NCBI RefSeq assembly: GCF_009914755.1
Contig: NC_060934.1
Reading direction: 5' to 3' (one strand)
Length of the DNA: 64,000 nt
From: the human T2T-CHM13v2.0 reference genome, Homo sapiens
The position numbers were made by a program, and so were the translations under genes. The notes beneath the pieces are model-generated. The model ran no database searches. It was not told where the DNA came from and saw only the letters and a list, made by a program, of their open reading frames with translations. Positions within the stretch are counted from its first letter, which is position 1, and every line of letters begins with the position of its first letter. Below are positions 15,055 through 28,720 of the stretch, one piece after another.

Positions 15055-15962
15055 TCAGGCATGAAAGCTCCCTGCTAGGCCCTGGCCTCTGGTCCACTTC
15101 AGCCCTGGACGGGTGAAGACAGCGCAGTGAGTATCGGGGAGGTGGGTGGGGATGCAGGGGAAGGATTTGGAGGTGGAGACACACACCCATGGTTCCCACT
15201 GCAGCCATCACCCGAACCTGCCCCCAGCTGGGGGATGGGAGAAACCGTCGCTTTGATGGAAGTTGGTGTTGTAATTATTGTCATGTGAAGAAGAGAAGAG
15301 GAGCAATAGGATGAAATTGAACCAAAACACACGCAAGAAGAAAACATATTCTTCCTAATACCCTGACTCGATTATTACACATTCTATGCATGTAACAAAA
15401 TATCACACGCCCCCCATTAATATGTACGTGTATTATATATCAATACAAAAACGAAAAATAGCTGAATCTTCAAAAAGTACATTCTTAAAAGACTTGGAAA
15501 ATTCCTAGAGCAGGAGGGGGGAGTTTGGAAGGGAAACCCTGTGTTTCTTCAACATTCCATCTCCATCCCATTACCTCCCCACCCAGCTATAGCCTAGGTA
15601 ATTCATGTCACGTCTCATTAGAGGAAGCTGGGACTGAGGTTAGACAAACAGAAAGGCTGCCTACATCCATAATTTTCTGTTTGAAAACTGGCTGGAATTT
15701 AGGCCAAACATGAAACCCAATATCCGTAAGAACAGGACCAAGACATCAAGCAACACTCCTATCACCAGACCTCACATGCCCAGGGGCTGCGAGATTATCT
15801 CCAGCTCACCAGTGTGGGAAAGCTTTCTCTTGGTTTTACCTACGGTTTGCTCTGACACAGTGCGCTGTTTGCAGTATCTGTCTTTGGACAGACTTTTCCT
15901 CCTCCTGTGCCATTTGGAAGACTCTAGGCAGAATTGTAGCTAGCTAGGGTGGGCAGATACAT

Positions 15963-16523
15963 TTTTCCCTCCCTCCCTCCCTTCCTTCCTTTCCTTACTT
16001 CTTCCTTTCTTCTTCCTTCTTTCCTTCCTTCCTTCCCTCCCTCCCTTCCTTTCATCCTTTCTTCCTTATCTCCTTCCTTCCTCCCTCCCTCCCTTCCTTC
16101 CTTCCTCCCTCCCTTCCTTTCTTCCTTCCTTTTCTTCTGTCCTTCCTTCTCTCTCTCTCTTTCCCTCCCTCCCACCCTTCCTTTCATCCTTTCTTCTCTT
16201 CCCTTTCTCCTTCCTTCCTTCCTTTCTTCTTTCCTTCCTTTTCTTCTGTCCCTCCCTCCCTCCCACCCTTCCTTTAATCTTTTCTTCCCTTCCCTTTCTC
16301 CTTCCTTCCCTCCCTCCCTCCCTCCCTTCCTTCCTTTCCTTCCTTTCTTCCTTCCTTCCCTCCCTCCCTTCCTTTCATCCTTTCTTCCCTTCCTCTTCTC
16401 TCCTTGCTTCCTCTCTTTCTTCCCTTCCCTTTTCTCCTTCCTTCCTTCCTTTTTCTCTTCCCCTCCCCTCGCCTCCCCTCCTTCCCCTTCCCTTCCTTGA
16501 CTCTCTCTTCCTTCCCTTGCCTT
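15963..16523. repeat. Polypyrimidine/polypurine low-complexity tract (CCTT/CCCT)n
   Basis: About 560 bp almost entirely C/T on the plus strand. Confidence 0.97.
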
Positions 16524-19236
16524 GCTGGACTGCAGTCTAGGCTTCATTTAATACTTGTCCTCCATGAGCAGACAGGCAAATGAGATAAAGGATGTTTAGA
16601 CTGAATTGTGCAGTTTGACTCCTGCTTATCCTTGCTGTGGGAGAGGGTGTGGTGTTCTAGGATGAGTGGTCAACTCCTCGCTTCTGCCATGACACTGCCC
16701 ATGCTCTTCTTGTATTCTGTACCAAGCTCCATGATACTGGCTTCATCCTTGTCTAAATGAATTGTATTATTTTCATTTATTGCTTATGTTACATCATTCA
16801 TTCAACCATTATTTTATTGAGTGTCTAATAAAATAAGGCAATTCTCTTATACGGCATATTCTATTACAGGCACTATTCTAAAGTTTTAAAATATATAATT
16901 TAGTTAGTTCTCATGACACTTTATCAAATAGGTACTCTTATTTTCCCTGGATGAAGACAAAAGGACTGAGGTACAGAGACTGAAGTAACTCACTCAGGGT
17001 CACAATGAGAGGCTCCAGTGTCCATTGACCGCCTCCCTCTTCTGTGTCACTACAACGGATCAAGTGCTGAGCCAAGAACTGGGGATGCAAGATAACTTTT
17101 GCTTATTGGAAGAGTTTTCTTTTGTTCCTCAAACTCAGCTCCTCTCTGTGATGAGGCGTCTGTGGTGAAGTGAAAGACTGCTGGCCTTAGCCCTGAGTCT
17201 GCATGTGAAAATGTCATCACAAGGGGAAGTAGACCTGGCCCTCTTCCAGGGCAGGGAGGAAAACGCAGCCTGTGCTGCATGGGAACTTCACGTGCTAATT
17301 GGACATCCCAGAATCTCACTAAATCTTTATCATAGCAAGCATCAATCACTCAATCTTCATCATAGCGAGCATCAGTCATAGAGAATGTCAAGTCTGCTGA
17401 ACACCTACCCAACAGGATGAAACAATGTTTGTGAAAGTTCTTTGTAAACAAGACGTGTGCACCTTCCCTTTTCTTCCAGTCTCAATTCTGCACACGGTTT
17501 TCCTGTTGTCTCATTTGCCACAACAGCCTCCTGCACTTCACCGTCTAGCCATCTGCCTCTTCCTGTCTGTTCTGCTATAAGGTCCACGTTTCATCTGCCT
17601 GAATTCCTTAAAGGCCATCCGGCTTAGCCACCTATTTTGAGTGGTAAACAGACTTCTTCTTGAACCTTTGAGAGCTCCCTGTTTAGTAGATTTCATTTGA
17701 GTAACTATGAGTACAGAATTAATTCACCCAGGTTAAGACCCCCTATCCCCATCAAATGAAAATCACACATGACAAAGGAAGCTAGACCTTATCCTCTTGC
17801 AGGGCAGGGAGGAAAATGCACCATCTGCTGCATGGAAACCTCATGTGAAAATCAGGTGTCCCAGGATCTCACTCGATCTTTCTGGCAAGGATCTAGCCAT
17901 AGAGAATGTCAAATATGAATGACCCATGTGGAAGATTTGTCGGTATCTGTGTCAGAAGGCCTTGCCTTATGGACATCAAGGACAAAGCCCATCAGCATCC
18001 TTGCAGGCTGTTCAGCTCGTCATCCACAGACAGAGATCTTGCTCACAAGCTGCAGATGGATTTTATGCCTCCACACGAAGGTCCTTCACATCTGGTCTTG
18101 ATATGATTTGTCCCCAAAAGAACTCCACTTGCCCTTCCCAGCATGAGGCCAAATCAGGTCATCAGTGGCTATAGCCTGGCTAAAGGCTATTCTACATGGT
18201 AGTAATGGCTTATTGTGTGTGCTATTAGGAGTGATGTCATGCCCAGGGTTTGAGGAATAACGCTCCTGCAAGATGGCCATGTGATTAAACGGGTAATAAG
18301 CTGACCTCTGTGAAGCTGGCTGTGTAGATTGGCTTTCAAGATCATTTTGCAAAGCCCGTTTTCATGTGCTGTCAGTCGTGGATGGATTTTGATAACTAGC
18401 ATTGATTTGCCATGTTTATGAAGTGCAGTTTCACAGGGTAAACTGTGTAATTGCACCTGGAATGGCAATATAAATAACGTCCTTATCTATGGTATTGACT
18501 GCCCAGGATTCGCTGAATATATATAGCATACCTCCAAACAGAGCCAATAGCTGTTGACTCAATTTTTACTAGGCTTAGCTCTCAAATTTCAGGTGTCTTA
18601 ATAAGGATTGGGTGGCGAATGATCAACTTTTACATCTGTTTCTAATTTCCATGCTTCCTTTTCCAGGAGGAGAAATTTAACAAGCAATTTTCTTCAACAG
18701 GGGAATAGTTCATCTTGGTTCAAGTAATCCCTCTGGTGCTGCAAAGGACAATGGCTTTCTTTAGGGCCATCAGATTCCTTTCGCTCCTGTGCCCAGGGAC
18801 ATATCACTCCCAGGGTCAACTGTCCATTTGCTCATGGACATCTGGGATGAGTCACGTGGTATATTTTCCCAAAGTGAGGAAGGAAGAAAAGAAAGCATCT
18901 TGAATCTGTTAGAAAGACAGTCTCTTTGAAGCCTCATGTCATGGGAATATGGTTTATGTTGAATGTGTTCTAGAGTATACCCAACATCCTGTAAATCAAA
19001 ACACCAAAGTGCAAGCTGTGACCAGAATGGGTAAAACACCTCCAGTGGACAAATCCTTAGAGGTAGATGAGGATGAGTAGGGGATTCTAACTGCTCTTGC
19101 TTGCTGGGGGTACTCCATTCTAAGAATTTTAAACCTCTATGGCACGAATGCAGTTAATAGACTGTTGACATGAAAATTACATGAGATAGCACAGTTCTGT
19201 CTGTGAGAACAAGGGTGGTAAGAAATGACATTAAGG

Positions 19237-19558
<322 letters not shown>

Positions 19559-22330
19559 TTAAGGCAAGATTCTGACTTGCATACTATAGAACAATATATT
19601 TTAGATCTCATTCCATGAGCAAGGGGGAGCCATTTTAAGTTACTTTTAGGGAGGAAGTGACACCATCCAATCTGAGTTTTGGGGACTTGATTGATAAAAG
19701 ATGAATGGTAGAATGAAGAACCAAGGTATATTGGAGGCCAAGAGAGCAGGTACAAGATTATTGCAATTGTCCAAATGAGAAATGATTAAGTGCAGAACTA
19801 GGACATTGTTCTTTTACAATTTCTATTCTGACAGACTACAGGAAGGATGGTCCTATTAGTCAAAATAAATGCACAGGAGGAGGGGAAGATTTGGGGAGAT
19901 GATAATGAGTAGCTCGGGGCATGCAGAGCTTCTGATGCCTGAACATTTTGACCTGGAACTTAGGAGAAGAGTCAAGCCTGTAAATGCAGCTCTGGATTTC
20001 AACAAGAGAATACCGATCACTAGATAAGTTATTAGTTAAGTGTGAGGGCAGACATTCAATAACACGCACATTTACTTCTCATGCACCTTTACTGGAAGAT
20101 GTCTCCAGCAGAAGAATGTTAGAAGGGAATATGAATTCCAGGAAAAGGATTGATCACAGGAGAGGTACCAAGGGAGTTCCCAGAATAATAGAAAAGAGGA
20201 TCCTCAAGAAGACAGTCACGCAAGAGACCAAGAGAAGAGCTAATCCAATTGATGCAGGAGGAAGTAGAGCTTCAGAAAGAATGTCTCAAAAAAGAAAAAA
20301 AAAGAAAGGAGTGGGTTAAGTATCTGATGAATTTACCAAATTGAGAGGAGTTACATAGCTCTATTGAAAATCTTAGATAAAAATGATTGATAAATACATA
20401 GAACATAAAGCAAACACTGAAATAAGGCAATTATCAACTCCAGGAAAAACATAAAGTTGTAAAATCCAAGACATGCCATCATAATGTATAACATTTCTCA
20501 GATGTAAATAATATTTTAATATTCATAATAAAACTGAATTTTGATTTAAGCTGTGATGCCAATATATTCAGTAGACAGAGGGGGAAGAGACACATGTGTT
20601 TATAGGGAAAGAGACTCATAAGTTGGCAGGAAAGGACTGGAGCCTGGGTTTTTCTTTCTAAGCCTTCTAGTACTCTTCAGTTTTCAAATGTTATGAATAT
20701 TGCCATGTACACATATTATTTTGATAAAAATAAAAATTAAATTATAAACAGAAGGATCAATATAAACAGGGGATTTGAGCCAGATCAGATGGACAGTGAT
20801 GGGGCTGATGCCTTTGAGAACGTGCCCATGCAATGTCAGTAGCAGAAGTAGGGCTGTGGAGGGTGACCTAGAACCACAGGCCTCTTTCTGAAAGGACAGA
20901 TTTGAGTCTGATACTGGGTTATTTAATCCAATGAGAAATGTTTCAGGAAACCTGCTTGATTTCCTCTGTTTCTTTTTTTCCTTTGGGGTGCGTTGTGGGG
21001 CTCCTCATCTATGGACCTGCTGTTGGAATGGCTGCTGAATGCATAGCCTCCAAGGTATGCCTCGGAGAGAAGCATTTTAAATCTTCTGAAACGAGATGCA
21101 GACAGACAAAACGAAACAGGACAAAGACGTCACTGAGGGCACTGCCAACACTTCTGGAGCTTGTCCTGAAGAGCCATTCGTGTGCTTGGACTGATCTCCC
21201 GTCTTGTGCTCTTGGCATTGGTGCAGGATCCTGCATGTACATTTGCAGGTGCGAGCTTGTGCACGCGAACATGTGTGCTGCTTCCTCTCACGAACCCAGC
21301 AGCATAGCAGCAGCCAGAGACGCCCCAGAGTGATGACAACTAATTATGAAACACCAGTCTGATCTGTCCCTTTTATCTCATCTTGCAGAAGCCTTGCATT
21401 CCCCCAAAGCCCCCCAGTGGCCCTTTGTAATCCCAGAAAAGAAGTGTCAATATGGAAACAGCTGTTCTTGAGATAGTGGGATGACATCCTAATGAGCATG
21501 CCATCAGCTATAGAGGAAACCCAAGGCTAATGGGCTTCTGATGCAAATATTCTTTCTAGACCATCCCACTCATATGAGAAAGGCTACAGTCCCCAGCAAG
21601 ACTGGGAGAGGACACACTGGCCTATAGATGTCAAGTCTTCTTTTGTTCTTATTTAGGTTTTTAGCCTCTCAAACCCCATGGGGCATCAGGCAATCTCCCT
21701 GACTCCTCTGGAAGGTGACTGGAAAAAAGGCAGCCCCAATTTTTTTTTTTGTTTTGTTTAGAGGCCATGCTAGGGAAGCCAGCAGGAGCACAGGGCTCCT
21801 GCAATTTTGGTAGCAGGAGAAACAGCCACAGGTTGCTGTGGTTCAGGCAGGGAGTGAAGGCTGTGCTTAGAAAGAACCCAAATTCCCAATCATTCAAGGG
21901 GGAAAGGTTAGGGAGAAATAGTGGGAGAGAGCTGTAGAGGTGGAGGAAAGGGGGATGATGGATTGCAGCAGGCGACTTAAAACAGATGACTTTTCTAGGG
22001 GCAAGGCAAGGGATGAAGAGAACTGACCTACCATGTGCCTCCTTGGCATCAGACACACCCCTGGACACTTGCTCTATGTCACCTCTTCTGAATCTTCACC
22101 ATGATCCTGTAAGCCGGGTAGCATTAGCTGCACTGTATTGATAAGGAAACTGAAGCTCACAAAGACGAAATGCTTGCCAACAATCTCACATCTAGGAAGT
22201 GGTACCAAGCTGGGATTGAGACTTGAGCCCATGAGACTTTAAAGCTCCCTCTCAATTTTCTTTGGGGATGTGTATATAGGTGGGGAAGCTATACAGAAAA
22301 TAAAAAAAATCTTTATATAAAAGCTGGGGG

Positions 22331-22672
<342 letters not shown>

Positions 22673-25425
22673 AACTGGGGGAGGGTTCTGTTTCCCTCTG
22701 GGGGAGGGAGAGAATTTTAATCTAGAGGGGATACTCAGAGACTCCTGGAGTCCTCACTCACAATATTTCATTTTTAATCTGGGTGGTGGTTACACAGGGT
22801 GTTCATGTTGTAAATAATCCTTTAGACTATCCATACATGTTTTATGGACTTTTGTGCACCTCACCGATATCTTACAATAACAAATTACAAACAAAAAAGA
22901 GTCCCTATTATTTTTGCATCCAGTGATTTCTTCAGTATATCACCAGAACGGCATCTGAAATGACTGTGTCAGACACCAGAGTACAACCTGGTAAGAAATG
23001 CATGCAATCATGAGATTTCTGCGTTTTTTTTTGCATTTTATTGCTCCCAGCAAAAGTTAAATTTTACAATAACAGTAAAAATATACTAGTTAAAACTCAA
23101 GCGATTGATATGTATCTATTGAGGTCCTTGTATACAATATTCTAGGTGCCATGGAGGTTACAAAGGTGTCCTTGCCTTTTGGATCTCAGGATCACCTTGA
23201 GGAGGAGGCAAGACAGAGACACAGAATGAGAGAATTAACTAAGTGAGGTCAACAAATAATGAGTGGTACAGAGAGGAAGTGCGACAGAAAACCACGTGTC
23301 TAAGCTTCGCAGAGGGGAGAGAATTTCATTGAGGCTTGAAGGATGTATGAACTTCAGACAGGTCAAGAGGAAGCAGAATTACAAGCACAAAGACATAGTA
23401 ATGAGAAGAGGCTCGCTGTCTTGCAGAGACTAATGTTGACCAGTTTGGAGTGGGGAACTCACAATGGGAAATTATAAGAGATAGGCTTAAAAGAGAACTT
23501 GACCTCCAAAACCTTGTGTGATCTGGCCCAAACTTTGTCTAGCTGCCTGAATTTGTTGGAATCACATGATTTAATATAAACATTGCATAATGCTAAATGT
23601 GATTTAAATGCTTCTCAAGGGAGAAGCAGGGGCACAAATGTTGCTACAGAGGGCAGGCAAATGCTATGTAAATAAGGGGTAAAAATTGAGTGTGGGGAGG
23701 TTGGGCTAGAGATGATAATGGATGGAAGAACTGGAGAAGTGCTGGCTGTGGGAGGATGAGAAGGTAAGTTCAAGTGATAAGTCAAAGATGCACACTGGGG
23801 CTATGAAAAGATGGGTTGTATTTAGAGAAAAGGATGGAGTGTCTGACCCCATTCTCTTTCAAGGTGGAGTGCATCTTGGAGCTGGGAAAGGAGACGAAGG
23901 TGGTAGAAGTGTTAGGAGAGGAGCCTGCGGGTAGGGGAAGTTAAGGAGAGAATGGGAAATGTATTAATGACTTTGTGGTATTGAAATAAAACAGTTCCCT
24001 GATTAATTCGTTTCCTCCAATACGACCAAACTCACACCAACCCTTTGGCATGCCACAGATCACCCCCAAGAGTGAATCCACAGCCATCAGCCACCATCCC
24101 CACCATCCCAGGCAGTGGCAGCCAGGCAGAGGAAGTGGTCCAAGAAACCTCCCTGTCTGCAGTTCAGTTTCTACTCATACTTCTCATAAAGTCATGACCC
24201 TGGCCATGAATCTCCCATCCCTGGAAACCCAGAAGGACGCTCTCCCTTCTGGACGCATTCCTCCTCCAGGCATAACTTCCAACACGAAGGTCAGAATGAA
24301 TGCGAGTCGCCCAGAGCCCCACACCCAGCCCTGGGAAGGGCGATTCCCTCTGGGAATTCTGCCAGCACAATGTTGCCTCAATTTGAAGACAAATTTTAAA
24401 TTAATAAAGAAAAAAAAAAGCCTCAGACTCTCACGTCTGCCAAAACACACCATTCCCTGAAAGGTTCCTGAAAAGGACTCAGTGATGTACTATAAAGAAA
24501 GCGCCAACCTTCCATAGCCTTCTCCAGCTGCGAGACGCAGACTGGCGGGTCCTGGAAAGGTAACAGCTCACAGCCGCCTTCCCGGGGGCAGCGCAGTGTT
24601 GTTCTTGGATCGAGAAGACCTTTCAGCTGCCTTACCACCTGTGTATTTCACAGTCTTGCAGTTCCCTAAACCCCTATGAACAACACAGAACGAACAGACC
24701 CGTGGCCAACAGAAAACCCTGAGAAAAGTACTGGAAGAAAGAGTGTGGTTGGTTTAAGATAGAAATGATGTGAAGGTTGCAGTGCGTGCCCTGCAGTTTT
24801 CAAAGCCTGCATCGCTAAAATCATCACAGGAATAGAAGTGTCCTTGTCAGCTGCTCTTTTCTTTAGCAGAGAATCTCTCAAACAGCCTCAGGCCACAAAA
24901 TCACTTCCTGAGGAACTCTTGGTAACTGAATGCCTCTCCAAGTAGCAGGGACCCACACACTGGAATTCTGGGGACAGTGAAGTTCATGCTTCTATCCTAG
25001 ATTCAGCATCCTCTAAAAAAAAATTAGCATTTTGAGCACCCTCCCCACTTTTTTTTCTGGGATGGTCACTTCATAAACAAACAAATGTGGTTCATTCAGG
25101 GAATAGCTACTGAAGCTGCTTTGATCTCTTCTGGCAAATGGTTTCTATTTCTTCACCTTATTCATTCAGATTTCTGCAAGTGACTTGATTCTAAACCCAC
25201 ATCTCTACTATTTAATCTGCATGGACTATTCTGTGCCACTCAGGCACTGAGGAACTTTACGGTTTTCTCCCCTGACCGCACATGAGTAAGAATAAATCAT
25301 GTGGACTTGGGAACTGCACAGTTGCAGATCAGAATGAGATTCCGTAATGGGGACAGGGTCCCAAGGACTTTCGGAGTGGCAGGGGAGACTCTCTTGCGCC
25401 TGGAATAGGAAAAGCCTTTACTTAC

Positions 25426-25491
25426 AAACACATCCATGAGCAGGTGCTCCAGTGTCAGCTCAAAGTCTTCCAGCTTGGCAGCCAAAGTCAT
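25426..25491 (-). CDS. Candidate additional alternative first coding exon (MTLAAKLEDFELTLEHLLMDVF)
   Basis: ATC-ATG start (-3 A); 22 codons; GTG TTT|GTAAGT phase-0 donor at 25425; non-repeat, CpG-retaining sequence upstream (25500-25820). Confidence 0.5.
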
Positions 25492-26389
25492 GATGAATGT
25501 CCCGATTTGCTCTCAGTCCCCGCTGACAGATCAGATCTGCAAACTCCCCAGCTCAGGAAACACCGTCGGCGTCAAATTTGATCACAAGGCAGGGCTGCCA
25601 CTAATGGGAAGTAGAAACCCTTAAAAGAAAGCAGAACATCGCAGGCTGGACTGCTCGAGCTGTGTAGCCAGAAACTGTACAAGGATATTTTGAAAAAACA
25701 AACACCAAACTCTAATAATGGTGCTATGGGATCAGAATGGGCATAAAGCGAGGCCACCAGATGAAGACTGCAGCCACTGCCTTCCCTGTGTAACTTCACA
25801 GTCCGAGGTGCTGGCCAAGCGCAGAGAACCTCACCAGTGAGTGAAAGAGAGAAGTGAGATGGGGTGAAAGCAAGAGTGGGGAAAATGGAATAGACTGTCT
25901 GACTCTGATATTTATAGGGCCACATGTTTTTGACTCTAGCCCATTTCTCAGTTGATTTCTGACCTTTCATAAATGGCTAAACACACTGGAGTGTATTGTC
26001 GAACGGGGGCAGTGGGTCCCACAGAAGTTGGCTGTGACCAATGCTAGGGCAATTCACACAGACACACCATCAATAGTTCTTTGTAGACAACGTATCAGAC
26101 CTTGTTTTGTACACGATGACTGAAAAGCACATAGTCTTGTGAAAAACAAGGAAACGAAAGTTGTGAGGGTACTAAATTTTTCCTCAGAATATTATTAGAT
26201 CCCTCACACTGTCTTTCTTCTCCATCCTATGCACCCCCTCTGCTGCAAGAGTAGATAAACATCAAGGAAAAAATTTAATATCTCGTGTCAATTCCTCAAG
26301 CTTCTGCCAGTTACAGAATATCCACGAAATCTTGCAAATGCAGTTTCTCCTTTTCTGCTTCCAAAGTTTGCTTTTTTTTTTTTAACTTA

Positions 26390-26960
26390 AAAATGTTTGG
26401 AAATTGTGGTAAAATATACCTCACATAAATTTTGCCATCTTAACTATTTTTAAGTGTACTGTTCCGTAGTGTTAAGTACATTCACCTTGTACTTGGTTCA
26501 CATTGTACTGGAATAAACAAGATAGACTTGTTTATTTCATCAATGCTCTTCCTGGGATGGACAAGGGATCAGACTGTGGATAACAGCTAGTGTTTCTTAT
26601 TTAAGGCAGTCTGCTAGTCTCAACAATGACATCACATGATTATTGTCTAAGAAAAATTTTGGGGCCTTAAGGATAGTCACTATTACACCACCATCCATCT
26701 CCAGAACTCTTCTCATTTTGCAAAACGGAAACACTGTGACCATTAAACAATAACTCCATTTCTCCCCTCCCACAGCTGCCTGGCCATCATCATTCTACTT
26801 AGTGTCTCTATCAATTTGACCACTCTAGGGACCTCGTATAAGTGAGATCATATAGTGTTTGTCCTTTGGTGACTGGCTTATTTCACTTAGTGTAATGTCC
26901 TCAAGGTTCACCCACGGGGTAGCCTGTGTCGGACTTTCTTCCCTTTTTAAGGCTGAAATC
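26390..26960 (-). mobile_element. L1MB-like 3' end, interrupted at about 26510-26685
   Basis: ttgtggtaaaatatac..ttaagtgtac..cattcac / caccatccatctccagaac..ttatttcacttag..cctttttaaggctgaa. Confidence 0.85.
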
Positions 26961-28009
26961 ACGTATCCTAAGAAAGATACTGCTTTGGACAGTTTTTCAG
27001 GCCTGAGAAAATCTCTCAGGGACACGTGGCTGTCAAGACGCTAATGGCCATCCTTGCTGTGACTGTAGTAACAAAATCAGCCTTCGTCTAGCAAGCCAGT
27101 GCCCAGTTCTGTCCTCTTAGTTCCCTAAACACTTTCTGTTAAACTCTGGTCTCCTGATTCCAAACAGAGTGTGACCACTTAACAGCCAACATTGATGTCA
27201 AAGAAGGTGGGCCTCATGAGATGGAGAGGGAAATATAAATATAACATTTCTGCTTTACAGTAAAACTCCCCTCCCTGCATATCAGAGCTCTCTCGGGTAT
27301 GAACGGTTAAAACTCTCCATTTTAGTATCTCTCTGTGAATTTTCTTTTCCCAGAGGAGATAGACACAGACTTAATTCAACATTTCACACTTAAACAAAGC
27401 TACCATAAAATTAAGGGCAAAGATAAAGAAATGGACAAAAAGCACTGTATTATTTCAAAAGCAGATTTGGAGTCTTGTCAGATGAGTTTAGCTTGACAGT
27501 GGGTCCTAAATTGTACATGCATGTTCTTCGAGTTATGGTTTCTATTTTGTTTTCAGGCCTCTAATGGAAGAATTAGAGCGGGTCCCACAGCAGGTGTCTC
27601 TTGTTAGGAACGGCATAGGAAGGGGCGGGCAGTGCTGAGATGAATGTCTTCAATAGCCAAGAATGCACAGAAAATCTATTTCCCTGATGGGCTAACTGAG
27701 CTACAGACCTTCCTAGGGGCTCATGGTTTTGCCATGTCTGAAATTGATTCAATAACCAGCTGCATCACATCAGCAAGAAAGTCTCAACACAAGAGGACTT
27801 CTTGCCACATAGTTGCCATCTTTTGTTAAAACTATAGCTGCCCTGAAGGTCCTCAAAAAGCCAAGTGCCTTCTCTCACCAAGCAAGACAGCCTGATGCCC
27901 ATGAGGGGCCCTATCATAAGGAGACTAGGGGGAGGGTATGTATCTGCATATGTGCAACATTGTTCTAGTTTTCCAGCGATCTCAGAGGAGTGTTCAACAT
28001 CAAATTTTC

Positions 28010-28165
28010 TTTCTTTTTTTAAAAAAATTTATTTTTATTGTTTGTGGGTACATAGTAGGTGTATATATTTATGGGTTACATGAGATATTTTGATCCAGGC
28101 ATGCAATGCATCATAATCACATCATGGAAAATGGGGGTCTCCATCCCCTCAAGCATTTATCCTTC
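28010..28165 (-). mobile_element. L1MA-like 3' fragment
   Basis: gtgggtacatagtaggtgtatatatttatggg..catcccctcaagcatttatcc. Confidence 0.85.
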
Positions 28166-28431
28166 GAAAACCAAGTCCTCTTAGCCCCTTTCCTTATGAA
28201 TTAAATTTGGACAAAATGTTTTTAATAGCTGGAATTTCATAAGAGATATACTACTTGTTTGTTTCATCAACCCTCTTCCTGGGATGGACAAGGGATCAGA
28301 CCTTGGAGAAGAGCTATTGTTTCCATTTAAAGCAGTTGCCAAGAGAGAGTTGAGTCTCCCAGTCTCAACCATGACTTTATGTGACTATTTTCTAAGACAA
28401 TTTTTTGGGGGGCTTTAAAAACAGTCAATGC

Positions 28432-28720
<289 letters not shown>

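Noticed and set aside
15924-16547. 207-aa and 183-aa ORFs
   Set aside because: Translations of the GGAA/CCTT low-complexity tract.
19984-20319. 111-aa ORF
   Set aside because: Purine-rich decayed L2/L1-like sequence with no homology recognised.
25751-25769. Second CTCF-like site GGCCACCAGATGAAGAC
   Set aside because: The 3' half lacks the GGCGC core.
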